Notes under the pieces: model-generated
Told to the model about the DNA's origin: nothing
Seen by the model: only the letters and a program-made list of their open reading frames with translations
Database searches by the model: none
Shown here: one piece after another, positions 48,708 to 61,812 of the stretch
Layout of the letters: each line of letters starts with the position of its first letter
Numbering within the stretch: position 1 is the first letter of the stretch
Origin: Asterias rubens
Taxonomy: Eukaryota
NCBI RefSeq assembly: GCF_902459465.1
Contig: NC_047069.1
Span: forward strand, 20,088,001-20,152,000
Length of the DNA stretch: 64,000 nucleotides
Direction of reading: 5' to 3'
Made by a program: the position numbers and the translations under genes

Positions 48708-49075
48708 AGGCAGTGGACACTATTGGTAATTACTCAAAAATTGTATTAGGATAAAACATTACTTGGTAACGAGTAATGGGGAGAGGTTGATAGTTTAAAA
48801 CATTGTGAGAAGCGGCTCCCTCTGAAATGACGTAGTTTCTAAGAAAGAAGTATTTTCTCACTAAAATATTTGAATTTGATTCCGAGAGCTCAGAATTAAT
48901 CAAGCATCTAAAAGCACACAACTTCCTGTGACATGGGTATTTTTTCTTTCATAGTTATCTCGCAACTTCGACGACAACTTGAGCTCAAACGTTCACAGGT
49001 TTGTTATTTTATTCTGATGCACCAATAGAAAACTGGTCTTTGACAACTGCCAATACCGAAATTTGTCCAGTGCCT
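48708..49075 (-). mobile_element. Kolobok-type MITE family A
   Basis: TTAA+aggcagtggacactattggtaattactc; reverse body. Confidence 0.85.
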
Positions 49076-49867
49076 TATTTTCTTAAACTCAAAATCAAAA
49101 CAACAGTATTGACAAGATACCCAAGTTTACACCTCGTACAAATAGCAGAGAAAGGTTAAAATTACTTTTCAAAAACAATTTGTGCTCTTGCATAAAAATC
49201 TGTGCTCTTGCATAAAAATGTGACACGGAGTCAAAGAACAATAACGATACTTCTGGCTTACTCGACTGAGTTGACTTGATGTCTTAGAATTCGACACCCA
49301 AGGTAGAATATTCACAATCACGATCTCTGTACACACTCCATCACAAGAAATGATAACCGTCTTCAACCGATTGCAGCCCCCCCCCCCCCACCACTTCACT
49401 GCTCGTGGCATTTTTTCCGTCATTGGCAGACAACAAGTCGTATAGGGGTGGGGAGGGGGTAAAGGATGTGTGTGAACCGAGGGCATCTACAAATTGTTTG
49501 TAGGCCTACTTCACAGTGACTGGTGTGGGAGAATAGCCAGCCTTCTAAACAATATAAATTATAAACATAAAACCACTAACTAAAGTGACACAATAGTTTG
49601 CACGATATATCTTCAAAATATTCCACTGATTAGTGTATGTTTGACCCAACACCAATTTACCCCTTCCTCATGCATCCGATACTGGTAGTTTTACGCGGGA
49701 AAATCAGAGGTGGCAAATTGAACAGAGATGATTGACTACTTTGTATATGCAGTGCCGTACGCGGGGTTATTTCGCCTCCTCGGTCCCATCCGAACGTACA
49801 CGGCCGCAGGGCGAGTCAAAGCACACCGGTGCTCGAGCCGTTCTAAAGCTGCTGTTTTCCTCTTCCT

Positions 49868-49909
49868 TTCTTCTTCTTCTTCTTCTTCTTCTTCTTCTTC
49901 TTCTTCTTC
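49868..49909. repeat. (TTC)14 microsatellite
   Basis: Direct reading. Confidence 0.95.
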
Positions 49910-50572
49910 AAAGTTTCTTCGTTTCCACCGCAGCCAGGATGTTTTCCTTGGCAAGCCCTGCCTGTAATACACCCCCTGGGCATTGCCATGGTTTTTATTT
50001 TACACAAGTATAACACAATCTGCCCCTACTGGGGTTTGGCCACCGCATAGCCTGAAGGGAAAGGCTAGGCGAAGTTCCGCTGTGTGTGAAGCCGGCCGGG
50101 TCAGTTTATAGACGGGGTGTGTCGGACGTAATTGCACTGAACGGCATGGGATTAGCCGCGACATTTTATCCCGGGCCCCGTGGTGAACAGATAACATATT
50201 AATAACATGTCAAATATTATGTATACGGAGGTCTGTTTGTGAACAGGGCTTCTCGCTGCTGCCTGCCTCTGATTATGTTATGAATAAACGCTGATATATT
50301 TATTTTATTTTACACACACAGAACACACACGGAAACCGCCGTTACCGATTCGCAACTGATATATCTTGAAAGATGTTTGTGCAGTTGGGGACAATTGAGT
50401 TTGGTTTAAAGGCAATGGCTTGGAGTTAGGACTAGTTATATATTTAGGACTACTCCTAGGATATATAAAAAAGAAAACGTTTGGCTAGTCCTAAGTTGGG
50501 GCGAGTGACTCGCGACGAGGTCTAGTTTTAATTATTTGAGAAATCCACCCCTTGACACGTTTTGTAATTGTT

Positions 50573-50878
50573 AAAAACCAATTATTATCACTTGTTGTAA
50601 TCCAACATTATGTATAAATTAACAAATCTGAAGAAAACAAATTGGGTTCAATTGGTCATCGAAGTTGCAAGAGAATAAGGAAAGAAAACACCACTGTTGC
50701 ACAATTAATTTGCGTGCTTTCTTATTTGAGTAAGAAAACCACCTCTTTCTCAAAAACTACGTTACTTCAGAGTGAGCCGTTTCCACAATTTTGTATACCG
50801 TCAGCAGCTTCCCATTTTCACATTTAAGTTGTTATGCCTGCAACTGTTTTTAGTAATATCCAAAAGTGCCCAGTGCCT
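50573..50878 (+). mobile_element. Kolobok-type MITE family A, degenerate
   Basis: Family A motifs; ends cccagtgcct|TTAA. Confidence 0.7.
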
Positions 50879-51331
50879 TTAAAGACGCTTTTAAAGTTGG
50901 GGAGAATGAGTTGGGTTTTAACAGGCGTCGGTGTTGTATCTACATGTCTTGTTAGAGGTGAATGAACCAAAAAGGGCCGAATCTGGACTCATCAAACAGA
51001 ATTTAGTGAAATACATCCTATAAAAACCCCGCGGTGTCGCCGTGGAAATCACATTTACACGCTCTATAATCGAATCAGAAACTCTGTAAAGAGGATGGCG
51101 TTACGGTGCTAAACAAAATAAACATGATTAATGTACCAGACAAGAGATACCATTTAGATGGTAGTGTTCAAAGAGTATAGCGAAATATTGTGCCTTGCTT
51201 CTGTGGTTGAACCATGTTCAAACCAAGGATTGTTTTGAAGCTTTGCATGGTGTGGATAAATAGAAAAACATTATAAATAATTCTTGGAAACCTTGCGGTA
51301 ATAACCATTAATGTGTAAATCTCTTCAGTGG

Positions 51332-51540
51332 GAGTGTTGGTCTGAAAAGAGTCGGGGTGGTGGTCTTGACTTTTCGAATGTTTCTGTGGTTTCGACGTTT
51401 CTGCTCGTCTTTATTCTCCTGAAGACGAACAGGGTATACTGTTCGAAACGTCAAGTCTATACCGGCTCTTTTCAGAGCCAACACTCACTAACGAGATTCA
51501 CTCATGGCTGTACACGCAAATGTACTATTTATTTATAGTT
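51332..51540 (+). mobile_element. Penelope-like element terminal-repeat fragment with inverted duplication
   Basis: 51332-51378 is an inverted copy of 51442-51486, flanking a hammerhead motif. Confidence 0.6.
51416..51455 (+). ncRNA. Minimal hammerhead ribozyme motif (Penelope-type)
   Basis: ctc-CUGAAGA-c-gaacag/ggtata/ctgttc-GAAA-C-GUC-aag; palindromic ACGU helix III. Confidence 0.65.
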
Positions 51541-51555
51541 ACTTCCTATGTTTAA

Positions 51556-51936
51556 AGGCAGTGGACACTATTGGTAATTGTCAAAGACTAGCCTTCTCAG
51601 TTGGTGTATCTCAACAAATGCATAAAATAACAAACCTGTGAAAATTTGAGCTCAATCAGTCATCAAACTTGCGAGATAATAATGAAAGAAAAAACACTCT
51701 TGTCACACGAAGTTGTGTGCGTTTAGATGGTTGATTTCGAGACCTCAAGTTCTAAATCTGAGGTCTCGAAAACAAATTCGTGGGAAATTACTTCTTTCTC
51801 AGAAACTATAGCACTTCAGCGGGAGCCGTTTCTCACAATGTTTTATACCATCAACCTCTCCCCATTACTTGTTACCAAGTAAGGTTTTTATATGCTAATA
51901 ATTATTTTGAGTAATTACCAATAGTGTTCACTACCT
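51556..51936 (+). mobile_element. Kolobok-type MITE family A, full length
   Basis: TTAA on both sides. Confidence 0.9.
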
Positions 51937-52009
51937 TTAAACCAAAGGATTAAATTTCACAAATTTAGTTGGCAGCGAATGCATTTGCCCGTAGCACATC
52001 TACGTCAAT

Positions 52010-52472
52010 CATTGGTACCTTTTCGTTTGCAAAAAACTGTGTGCTTCTAGTTGCGTTTACTTGTTTTGTCCGTATATTTGTTTTGTCTGTGAACACAAAG
52101 TCATGTGCACTGTGCAAACGTTTGAAACTGGAGAGACTTATTGGAGGGGATGTCATGACGGATTAAGGCTTGTAGATGGCAGAGGAGGCATTTGCTTGTC
52201 ACAACTTCGACAGAAAAAAAATGCACTTCCCCTATGTGTGTGTGTGCAGAAACAGTGTTTCCATCGGCGTTTTACTTCACAGATTTAGACGACAGAGAAT
52301 GCATTTTCTTAGCACACGACAGACAAGCAAACCAAAATGCACCTTTCCCTGTTTGTTTTGCAGAAACAGTGCTTCCTATTGCGCGTTTACTTGTTTTGTC
52401 CGTGAACACACATGTGCGCCGTGTGAACGTTTGAAACTGATGGACTTGGAGGGGATGCCATGATGGATTAAG
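52010..52472 (+). repeat. Degenerate direct duplication of about 140 bp
   Basis: gcgtttacttgttttgtccgt...aacgtttgaaactg...ggaggggatg.catga.ggattaaggc occurs twice; a partial third copy lies between. Confidence 0.75.
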
Positions 52473-55269
52473 GCAAAGAAAATATCTGCGCTTATTTGGC
52501 GCCAAAAACCGACCCTATATTTCATTCGTGTGGTTAATATAAATAGATAGTTGTCACACGCGCTATTTACATGTACCGGTAGTCGTTCCCGCTGTTATCA
52601 GGCCCAGTTCAAATAAAGCACGGAGTGGCCCATAAACTCCGAAATCATTTATCATAACATTTGTATTATTAACTCAGTGTATTAATTAATTACTAATGCA
52701 CAAGCCTGGCCATGTACGTGTAGGGATCCGGATGGTGGTAAAGTGAATAGTGTAAGGGGGAAAGGGAGTTGAGATGTCAACTTCTGATTGCGATAATTAA
52801 GTCACAATCGCTACCTATTACGCCTAAGGCAAATGCTTAAGTTGCTACCAAATTGTCTGCGAGCTTAAGTCATTTACGATACCATGCCGTAATGTGACAA
52901 ACTGGAGACGGGCAGTGTGTTATATTCACGGTGTCCTAAGGACTGTTCAGTACACAATGTATGTGATGTGTAAGCCCTTAGATTAATTACAGTATGAAGT
53001 TTTGAATGTTCATAATTTGGGCGCCATCGAAATCAATTACTGTTTAATCAATACAGCTTTACGGGACACCGAGTGTTCCTTATTAACAAAAACTGACTGT
53101 GACCCGGGGATTTTTGACTTCCAACTTGACGTATTTTAGATGACACAAAGGCCCTGAAAAAAAATTTTGACGAGAGGTGTAGGGACACTTTTCAAGATTG
53201 ATGTCCGGACGTTTGGACATTTCCCCCGGTGCTGGGGTGTTTCTATATGGAGGGAGAATAACTCGACGGGCCCAGGAACTCCCTATATCAAATTGAGCAG
53301 AGGTTTAAAGTTCAAGAGTTAATGAATAATTTCCCCTTTATTGTAAGAAGCTGCGAGACTTCGGTATTCTGTGTGTATTTTTGAATAATTGGCACATTTC
53401 ACTACTGTATGATAAGGGGGTTTATTTAGCGGGGTGCACACTTAACATGTAATAAATTATGGAACAACATATTCCAGGATGGTGTCTTCCACAAATTCCA
53501 GTATGGTACCTTCCATTGCTTTGATTACCTTGATAAACGTTTTATTCAATGTAGAAACCATACAAAGCATATGCACGCCCACAACACCAATTTAGTTATG
53601 AAGAATAAGCTTGGGATGTGACAGATTCAGTTTTATTCTGAGCTGTAATGGTCGAGAAGATGACGTTTTATGCACATGCGCCTAAGCGTTTCTTGAACAC
53701 GTCAACGTCATTGGTCTAGTTATCACCACACATGACTGAGTAGAAATATGGACACGTGATGCCCATTGCCGTAGCACGACATTAATTTTAATGGTTTTTG
53801 ACCCATTGCGCCATATATGTGCCACATACGTCATCAGTTTGACGTCAGAAAGAAAAAAATACTAGTCTTTACAGAAAATGACATAGTTTAAGTAATTTTA
53901 CCACAACCACAAACTTTAATACGTAATAAGAACGAATAAGGAAAGGATAAACAATATCACTGTTAAATTTTAGTTTGAAATTTAAGTATTATGAAGTTCA
54001 TATATAGAACAATTTTTTTTTCTGTGAAAAATTACCCTTTGAAATGAAGGTATATTCGAGAAAACTGTGCCTTTAAAAGGTAACGCAACAGCTGGTTTCG
54101 GTGGTTAAAACACAAGTATAAGGACAATGTGTTCCATGGTGGAAAATGTGCAAGTTAATTTTACTAATTTATCCTGATTCACACAATGGATTAAGCCCAC
54201 ATGTTCACAGGTTAGGTATGGTTGGTGACATAAATCATAAACACTGCGACTATATCAGCTGCACAAATTCTCTACCTTTAAATGAACAGACGAATGACTC
54301 GTAGAGAAACTGCAATTGATCTCAATAGTTGAAACAAACTGTTTCAGAAAAAGGCATATTCTGTCAAGGGCTTTTGTACTTTTTGTACGACACGAACACA
54401 ACACACGTCCTCAGATTAAAGATAATGATTGCTAAGGTGATGTAGTTTTTAAACAACGAGTACAACAATTTTCACAAAACAAATGTCAGCATGTACAGCA
54501 GATTAACACGACTCTTTCCTGAAGCATATTGCTCTGTGGTTTTTATTTTTTTTCTCTTCTCGAAAATTTGACGACCATGGAGCTAAAATTTCTACAGGTA
54601 AATTATAGTTATTTCATACATCTTCATTCACAGAGATTAGTATGGATTCATGTCATGGCAAAAAACATGATCTATAAAAGGTATCAAAACACTGTAAGAA
54701 ATAAAATCAAACGACGGTATTTATCTCAACAAAAAGATACATTTGTTTTAAAAAACCTCAGGGCCAATACAATCACCTGCTGTCCGAACATTTCCTTTTG
54801 ATTTTAGATCCTGTCAATTATTTTGTACAAGTCGAGAGAATTTGGCAGTTTGTTATTTCAACAGGTGAAAACAGATATCCGAGGTTTCGTGTTGTCCCTT
54901 CTGTTTACTGTTCGCTTGTCATCTATATTTTATGAAAAAGTAAATGGCAGGTGAAAAGGGTGAAAATGAAACATAGGCCAACAAGTAGTTACTAGTTACC
55001 TTTCGGGGGTATCAATCATTTAGATAGTCTCTGATTCAACGACTCTCAAACGATATACTCATATTATATATCACTGCGTTCAGCTTTGTGATGTAGGCCT
55101 GTTACTTATTCATAATTCTGGTTGCCGATTCGCAGGCCTACCTTGCATTTGCTATCCAAATTAAACTGTTTATCTTAGGATTAAGGAGTTGAAAAGCTGG
55201 GCCTCGTCCTCAGTCCTTAGATAATAATCCTAAGTTGGGAATGTGATAATTCAAACAGAAACCAGTTTT

Positions 55270-55537
55270 NNNNNNNNNNNNNNNNNNNNNNNNNNNNNNN
55301 NNNNNNNNNNNNNNNNNNNNNNNNNNNNNNNNNNNNNNNNNNNNNNNNNNNNNNNNNNNNNNNNNNNNNNNNNNNNNNNNNNNNNNNNNNNNNNNNNNNN
55401 NNNNNNNNNNNNNNNNNNNNNNNNNNNNNNNNNNNNNNNNNNNNNNNNNNNNNNNNNNNNNNNNNNNNNNNNNNNNNNNNNNNNNNNNNNNNNNNNNNNN
55501 NNNNNNNNNNNNNNNNNNNNNNNNNNNNNNNNNNNNN
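55270..55537. other. Assembly gap (268 N)
   Basis: N run. Confidence 1.
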
Positions 55538-55559
55538 ATCCATCAAAATGAGGTGCTCA

Positions 55560-55755
55560 AGGCGCACGTTATTCTAAATTTGAGGTCTCGAAATCAAATT
55601 CGGAAAAAATTACTTCTTTCTCGAAAACTATGTTACTTTAGAGGGAGCCATTTCTCACAGTGTTTTATACTATCAACAGCTCCCCATTACTCGTTACCAA
55701 ACAAGGTTTTATGCCAATAATTATTTTGAGTAATTACCAATAGTTTTCACTGCCT
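55560..55755 (+). mobile_element. Kolobok-type MITE family A, right half
   Basis: Begins just after the gap; ends ttcactgcct|TTAA. Confidence 0.85.
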
Positions 55756-57023
55756 TTAATATAATAAATAGGGTTAAAACAACCAAAGGTTCCATAAACC
55801 AAAGTTACACTTAGCCTTTAACAGCCTCAAATCAGGAGCCGCCCACAGTTGATGCCTTCAGGCCTAAACGACCTTCGGTTTATTTAAATCTTAATTTATA
55901 AATTCTGTGTGTCAAGGGAAACTAATGTAATGATTTTACGCCAGGTGTTCAATGAGGTTTGTTGTAATTAGTTCTGACCGAGGAACGAATGATGCAAAGG
56001 TCTGCGACTAAGCTACATCACTCAAAAGAATGCCACACAGTGGCGATTTGGTGAATTTATTTTTCAAAGGTCATTGTGTCAATATTTAATTGTTTTTGTG
56101 GATTAGTTGTTGCTTTTCTCTGGTTTGGGACATGCATCGAATGAATATTTTTAACCTGTAGCACTTAAATGTATTTCGCAAAATATGCAGTTGTCGTAAT
56201 GATATTAAGGTAGTCAAAGAGAAAATAGATGGTTATGAAAAAAATTAAAGTTCTCTGTTGAATGCTTGCAAACAAATATGACATGTCCATATAGTATAAA
56301 CTTGTTTTAACAGTAAATGACCGGAAGTGTGTTGTGTGTTGTCATTTCTTCGAGACAGATTCTGATGGGTCGAAACGTCAGGTCGTCAGCTATTTTTGCA
56401 CAGGTTTTACAGTATTTTAAGGTTTTTGTTTGTGACGATGCATTATTTTATACAATGGTAAAAGTTTACATTTACATTTTGTGTTTCTTTAAGTGACTGC
56501 GTTATTTTATTTTTGGAAAATTTACTTCAAATAAAATATTTGTAAAACTGCTGTTCGGCAGGTAATACCGGAATATATTTGTAGAAGTATGATTGCGTTC
56601 ACGTTCACATGTTAAAAATTAAAGATAAAGCATGAACATGTGGGTGGTAAAATACAATAATTCGTACATTATGTTTAAAAAGCCAACAACCTAGATTTGC
56701 ATTCACCCGATTCAGATGACTCACAATCTGAACATCGCCGCTTGCGTGTAGAATCCATACGTGGCTTCTTGTTTAAATGAATGATTCGATTCACATGCAG
56801 TTTATCCGAAGAAAAACACCGCCTTTGTTTGATAAACAATATTTTGATTACAGTGCCGATATTATTGATCGAACAACCTACGAGCATTGAGGATGAAGAA
56901 ATTGCTACGATCTATCCTTACAGAGCTATAAGCACTGCTTTCTGTAAAGGCCACCTACTTCATTTATGCGCTTTTGGGTTGTAGGAAGTTTCATGCAACG
57001 TGTGTGTGCGGTAGCGACAGGGA

Positions 57024-57054
57024 GGCGCGCATTGTACGTGCGCAGCGCATGCGT
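57024..57054. promoter_or_regulatory. CpG-rich NRF1-like motif cluster upstream of the GPCR
   Basis: gcgcgcattg, tgcgcagcgcatgcg about 0.8 kb upstream of the ATG. Confidence 0.3.
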
Positions 57055-57824
57055 TGTTTGATGCTAGACCACTGCACGCATAACGTGTGTATTCGGTGAT
57101 TGCAAGTTAGTATTTTTTATAACTGACTACCCTGGCTGTGCTGTCACCATACAACGATCGGCTGCTCATCGGCAGTGTGCGTACAGCTCAGCTTCACTCT
57201 CTGCCGCTGCCGTACTCCAATAGTTGCCACTCGGGTTTGTACGTCGTGGTTGCCCTTGTCTGATGGAATGACAGCTAGCTTTGGATGGGATCTAACGGTG
57301 CGGAGACACCCATGGCATAACTGCCCGAGAGGAGTCACAACCACTGTTAGTCGGAGTCAAGAGTGACACTCTTGATGAGCACTTCACAGCTTTTTGACTC
57401 CGGTCTTACGGATGCTGTGTAGCCCTAGCAGCGGGGGTTTGTTTTACAACCTGACATCAGTAGCTAGCTGACGATATTTGTTATCATGCGTGGATGATTC
57501 GTGAGCTTTCAAACGATATCCATGAACTTCATCAGCAGGAATTATGAACTGATTAATTGGTAAGTCCAATCAATAGGACAGCTCCATCGATTTCCATTGT
57601 TTCAAATGACACAGATACAAAACTACAGTATTGATCGAACATTCAGCAGAGTGTAGGGGAGAGAAAACTAGATTTGTAAAAAACAGATGGCCTGCAAAAT
57701 CAGTCCAAAATAACATTCATATATTATAAGGACATGACTGGATCGATTGCTGCACCAGATCAGCTTGCGCCTGTGACACTTGTGTAAGTTTGTTATGTGA
57801 GAGCTCAACAACCCGATTGGGAAG

Positions 57825-59003
57825 ATGAATTTCTCCAATAACAACTCGAATGAATCTTCGATGTGCAAGCCGGTGGCCGAAGACCAGCTTGAGGCCTTGC
57901 TGTACAGCATGGAGTTCGTAACGACCGTAATCACACCTTGTATCCTGGTCTTCGGATTGATCGGGAACATCAGTTTCTTGGTGGTTGTCTTTCGAATCAA
58001 ATGGATGCGGACCGTGGTCAATTGCTACCTGGTCAACCTCGCCGTCACTGATATACTCTTCTTAATTTTCGCTGGTGGTGATCAGATACTCGCGTATTTA
58101 ATAACTCCGGTCCATCGGGATGATAACTTCAGAGGGACGACAGGCTGTGTATTGATCCATCTGATTAAGGACGCCTGTTTCTTTACGTCGCTGTCCCTTA
58201 TAACTCTAGTCACCTTGCAGAAGTTTTACGCCGTGTGTCAACCGTACCAGTACAAGCGCTGCACCGGTAGGCGCCAGCCCACAAAGTTCATCACGGTATC
58301 CTGGTTTCTGTCCATCGTGTTCGGCTGTTTGCTCATTCCCGGGACTGCGCACTTTGCGCAGTACTGCATCATCTGGCCGGATAATGATACCTACAAAGAC
58401 TTCCCGGAGATCATTGCTTTCTGCGTGCCCATGGATGATAACTTCGAGATAGTCGGTAAGATCCTGCAGAGCGTGCCTTTCATGGCTGCGCTCTTCATTA
58501 ACTTCTACCTGTACGGGAAGATCATAGTGGCCCTACACAAGAGGACAACCTCAGGGAAGGGGTCGAACGAGAAGGCTCGCATCCGGACGAGAAATCAGAT
58601 GGCGCGCATGGTCATCACCAACGGAATACTTTTCTTCTTGTTGCTAAGTCCCATACATGTGACATCGTTTATACACGCAATCAACAGATTGACTTCTGCT
58701 TCGCCTTCGTTGAACCCATCCCAAATGACACAGATGAGTAAGATATTCCAAATCATTACGCACTTGAACTCGGCCGTGAATCCAATAGTATACAACGCCA
58801 CCAACCCACGGTACCGCCAGGCGTTCTGCCAGACGTTCTGTTGTTGTAACCTCGCCAAAAGCTCTAAGTACCGATCGGGTGTCCAACTCAGGGAGGTGTC
58901 GGGCACGAAAACGGGGGCCACCATCTCCGGCGATCGAAGCTTCTCGCCGAATTACATCAATAGAACCACGGACACGCAGATATCTAGGAATGACGTCCTT
59001 TAA
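57825..59003 (+). CDS. Class A (rhodopsin-like) GPCR, 392 aa, intronless CDS; GHSR/NMUR/TRHR-like peptide-receptor group (tentative)
   Basis: Seven hydrophobic segments; GN (TM1), NLAVTD (TM2), TM3 Cys, W (TM4), NSAVNPIVY (TM7), N-glycosylation sequons NFS/NNS/NES, C-terminal CCC; AATAAA at 59158-59163. Confidence 0.95.
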   Translation: MNFSNNNSNESSMCKPVAEDQLEALLYSMEFVTTVITPCILVFGLIGNISFLVVVFRIKWMRTVVNCYLVNLAVTDILFLIFAGGDQILAYLITPVHRDDNFRGTTGCVLIHLIKDACFFTSLSLITLVTLQKFYAVCQPYQYKRCTGRRQPTKFITVSWFLSIVFGCLLIPGTAHFAQYCIIWPDNDTYKDFPEIIAFCVPMDDNFEIVGKILQSVPFMAALFINFYLYGKIIVALHKRTTSGKGSNEKARIRTRNQMARMVITNGILFFLLLSPIHVTSFIHAINRLTSASPSLNPSQMTQMSKIFQIITHLNSAVNPIVYNATNPRYRQAFCQTFCCCNLAKSSKYRSGVQLREVSGTKTGATISGDRSFSPNYINRTTDTQISRNDVL

Positions 59004-61013
59004 AATGTGCCACATTGTGACTAATGTCCCGAATGTGACGAATGTCTCGTAGATGAAAGTGCATTGCGCCACAGTGACGATCATTGTCAGTGAATAGTTG
59101 ATGAATGTTCTTCTCGACTTCAAATAATTCGGTTGCTGCGTATACAAAGTGACGTCAAATAAACAAATGGTGCCCTTCGCAAATTTGCAAAATGGTAACA
59201 CATTTTAATTAATGTTTTCAATGTGTAAATATTGTATTTTAAAGAGATATCTTTAAACAGTCATAATCTATTAGGTCTTTTGTCATGTTGCATGAAGTTT
59301 TTATTTATTATGAGTCGCCGGTGATGTCCAGAATGTTAGATATTAAATGTGCGTATAGAGAGTGCTGTCGTTCACTTTATAGCCTGACGCAAATTAACCG
59401 TTGAAAATTCAAACTCCCACGTGGGCCCTTTAAGAATGAACCAATGCAGCGTGCCCCCTCGTTGTGTCCCCTACGTGCCAATTAAACAAATGGTGATAGT
59501 ATGGTTATCGTAAAAGAGCCATACGAGAATATAAATTGACGGCTATGGCCACAGTTACGGCTTTGTCTACGGCTATATCTCTACACTGTTTGTTAATAAT
59601 ACCGCCGTAAATGCAAAGACGCTTTGGGTAACGACAGTGTGTATGCGTGGCAATATTGAGCCCGGTATGGGCTTGGGGTTTGGCTTGGTAACTTTTTGCC
59701 AACTCTTTGCAGAGCACACATCAAGCCATAAGCCAGAAGTCATAGCCAAAACCGCTCGTAAACAAGTGTGCGTTATGCGTAAAAGAAAATAACAAGGAGG
59801 CCCCTTAAAAAGTGATCACAACTTCACATAAGACTGATGGAAGAAAGTACACAGTTTGTCATAGTTTAACTAATTATTTTCACAACATCTCAAGAGGGCA
59901 GGTGCATGACATTTGACCCCTCTTATTAATATCTCAAAAAAGGTTTTACGATGGGGGCGGGGCGGGGGCGTTTGGGACGCATCTGTATTTACAGTGAATC
60001 ATGTTTGTAATGTTACTATAATTAAACAAGTAATTGTTTTTCCCAAACACATGACGCCTCGTATAACTGAGTTACACAATCGAAGCTCATGTGCTAACAT
60101 ATAACGTTGATTTGACTTTAAAAGCAATCTGTAGACCTCCACCTGCTTACCCGCCGTGGGTTGGGACTTCAATTCCCTCTCGATAGTATAGACTACATAA
60201 AAACAGAACCTTCAGATGAAAAACAAAAACCTTCAAACCAAGTCAAATTAAAGTCTCGTTGCCTTATTATCGAAATGCCTGTCTACGTATAAAAATAGGT
60301 TTATTGGTTCACAAAAAAAACTAAACATTAAAATGTATAATATTCTATGTATAGGTTTTTTCTTTCATCCATATTTTGTTCCCTTTTGTCTCTGTGGAAA
60401 TCACTATATTGGTCGATGAAGGTTTTATGGATTGTTATTGAGTGGTTAACATGAAGGCGCTATTTGAAGAGATGCATAGTGTCAGTGTGTGCTTATGCAG
60501 TTTCATTCACAATAACTCAATGACCTTTATTTGGACAGCCTGCTTAGCATAAATCAGTGATGTTCGACTAAGCAAGTCAACCATCCGAATGATATACATC
60601 ACATGGTATTGTGGCTGGTTTACTCATATCTGCTGGGCAACAATGTAAATTCTTAGCAAGAGTCAGTGTTAAGAGCCCCATACAAACTTGCTATCTACCT
60701 TTGCTTTCTAAATAAATGTTATTTTTTATTTTTTATATATTGGATGTATATAAATAAAAGTCGCTTCGAAAACTGAAAACTGGTAACTGTTAAACGATGG
60801 GCATATACAAAACTTTGCCTAAAATTGTAACTGTTTGAACGAACTGAGAGTGAAACACGGTGGTATAACTTACCAAAAAAAACAAATCTGCGAAAACAAT
60901 TAAATCATCAGATATGGTTTATTGGGGAAACAGTATTTTCTGGCCTTGAATTGGGCATTCAGTGCATGTGACATTCAGCTGGCGAAATTAGTAATGGCGT
61001 GAAATTAGCTTAA

Positions 61014-61225
61014 AGGCACTGGACACTATTGGTAACTACTCAAAACATTGTTAAGCATAGAACTTGGTAACGAGCAACGAAGAGCTGTTGAAAGTATAAA
61101 ACATTGTGAGAAACGGCTCCCTCTGAAGTAACGTAGTTTTTGAGAAAGAGGTAATTTTTTACTGAAATATTAAAAGACTTTAGGCATGAAGCCTTTTATT
61201 AGGCATCAGAAAGCACACGCATTTG
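61014..61225 (-). mobile_element. Kolobok-type MITE family A, truncated
   Basis: TTAA+aggcactggacactattggtaactactc. Confidence 0.8.
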
Positions 61226-61449
61226 TATCACGTAAATGCCCCCCCCCACACACACACACAAACACATTACATGTTTACATAAATCAATGTCTATGTATCG
61301 ATACATCCGCCGCAATATTAATTTAAACATTTACTTTCGTTTACGAATGCGTAGGAGTGACGCACGCACATACATGGGGGGGGGGGCGGTTGTCATTTTA
61401 ATTGGAAGTATCTAATTGAGAATCGAGCTAGAGGCGGTAGAGAACATAT

Positions 61450-61812
61450 GACTAGTGCTATGAGTTAGTTAAAATTTAAGGGTAGTCCTAAGTTAGGACG
61501 AGTAACTCGAGATAAAACTAGTCATAATAGGACTAGTCCTTACTTAGGATAGTTATATGAGATTTAAAAAACTTAAGTCTAGTTTTACTCGAGAAAAGAC
61601 AAGTTTAGGAAAGTTCTAGGTTCGGACTTATCCTAACTCGGAACTAGTCCTACCAGATATTATAAAACTTCTGGCTATTCCTAAGTTAGGACGAGTAACT
61701 CGAGATAAGATTAGTCCTACGTTAGGACTAGTCCTTACCTTGAGATATTACAAAATTAAGGCTAGTCTAACTCGAGATAAGACTAGTCTGAAACCTATAT
61801 GAAATCCAACCC
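61450..61812. mobile_element. Harbinger-like MITE family D with internal taggactagtccta palindromes
   Basis: Repeated aggactagtcct and ctcgagataag motifs; end atgaaatccaaccc; related fragments at about 11092-11155, 50425-50570 and 55170-55245. Confidence 0.6.

Noticed and set aside
49728-50013. Poly-Glu/Ser/Leu ORFs
   Set aside because: They arise from (TTC)14 with no supporting domain or clear splice sites.
55217-55567. ORFs spanning X residues
   Set aside because: Artefact of the N gap.
57345-57402. Hairpin cggagtcaa...ttgactccg as a ribozyme or SECIS
   Set aside because: No hammerhead, HDV-like or SECIS core could be matched.
58595-59201. Antisense ORFs of 109 and 185 aa
   Set aside because: They are shadow frames of the GPCR coding sequence.
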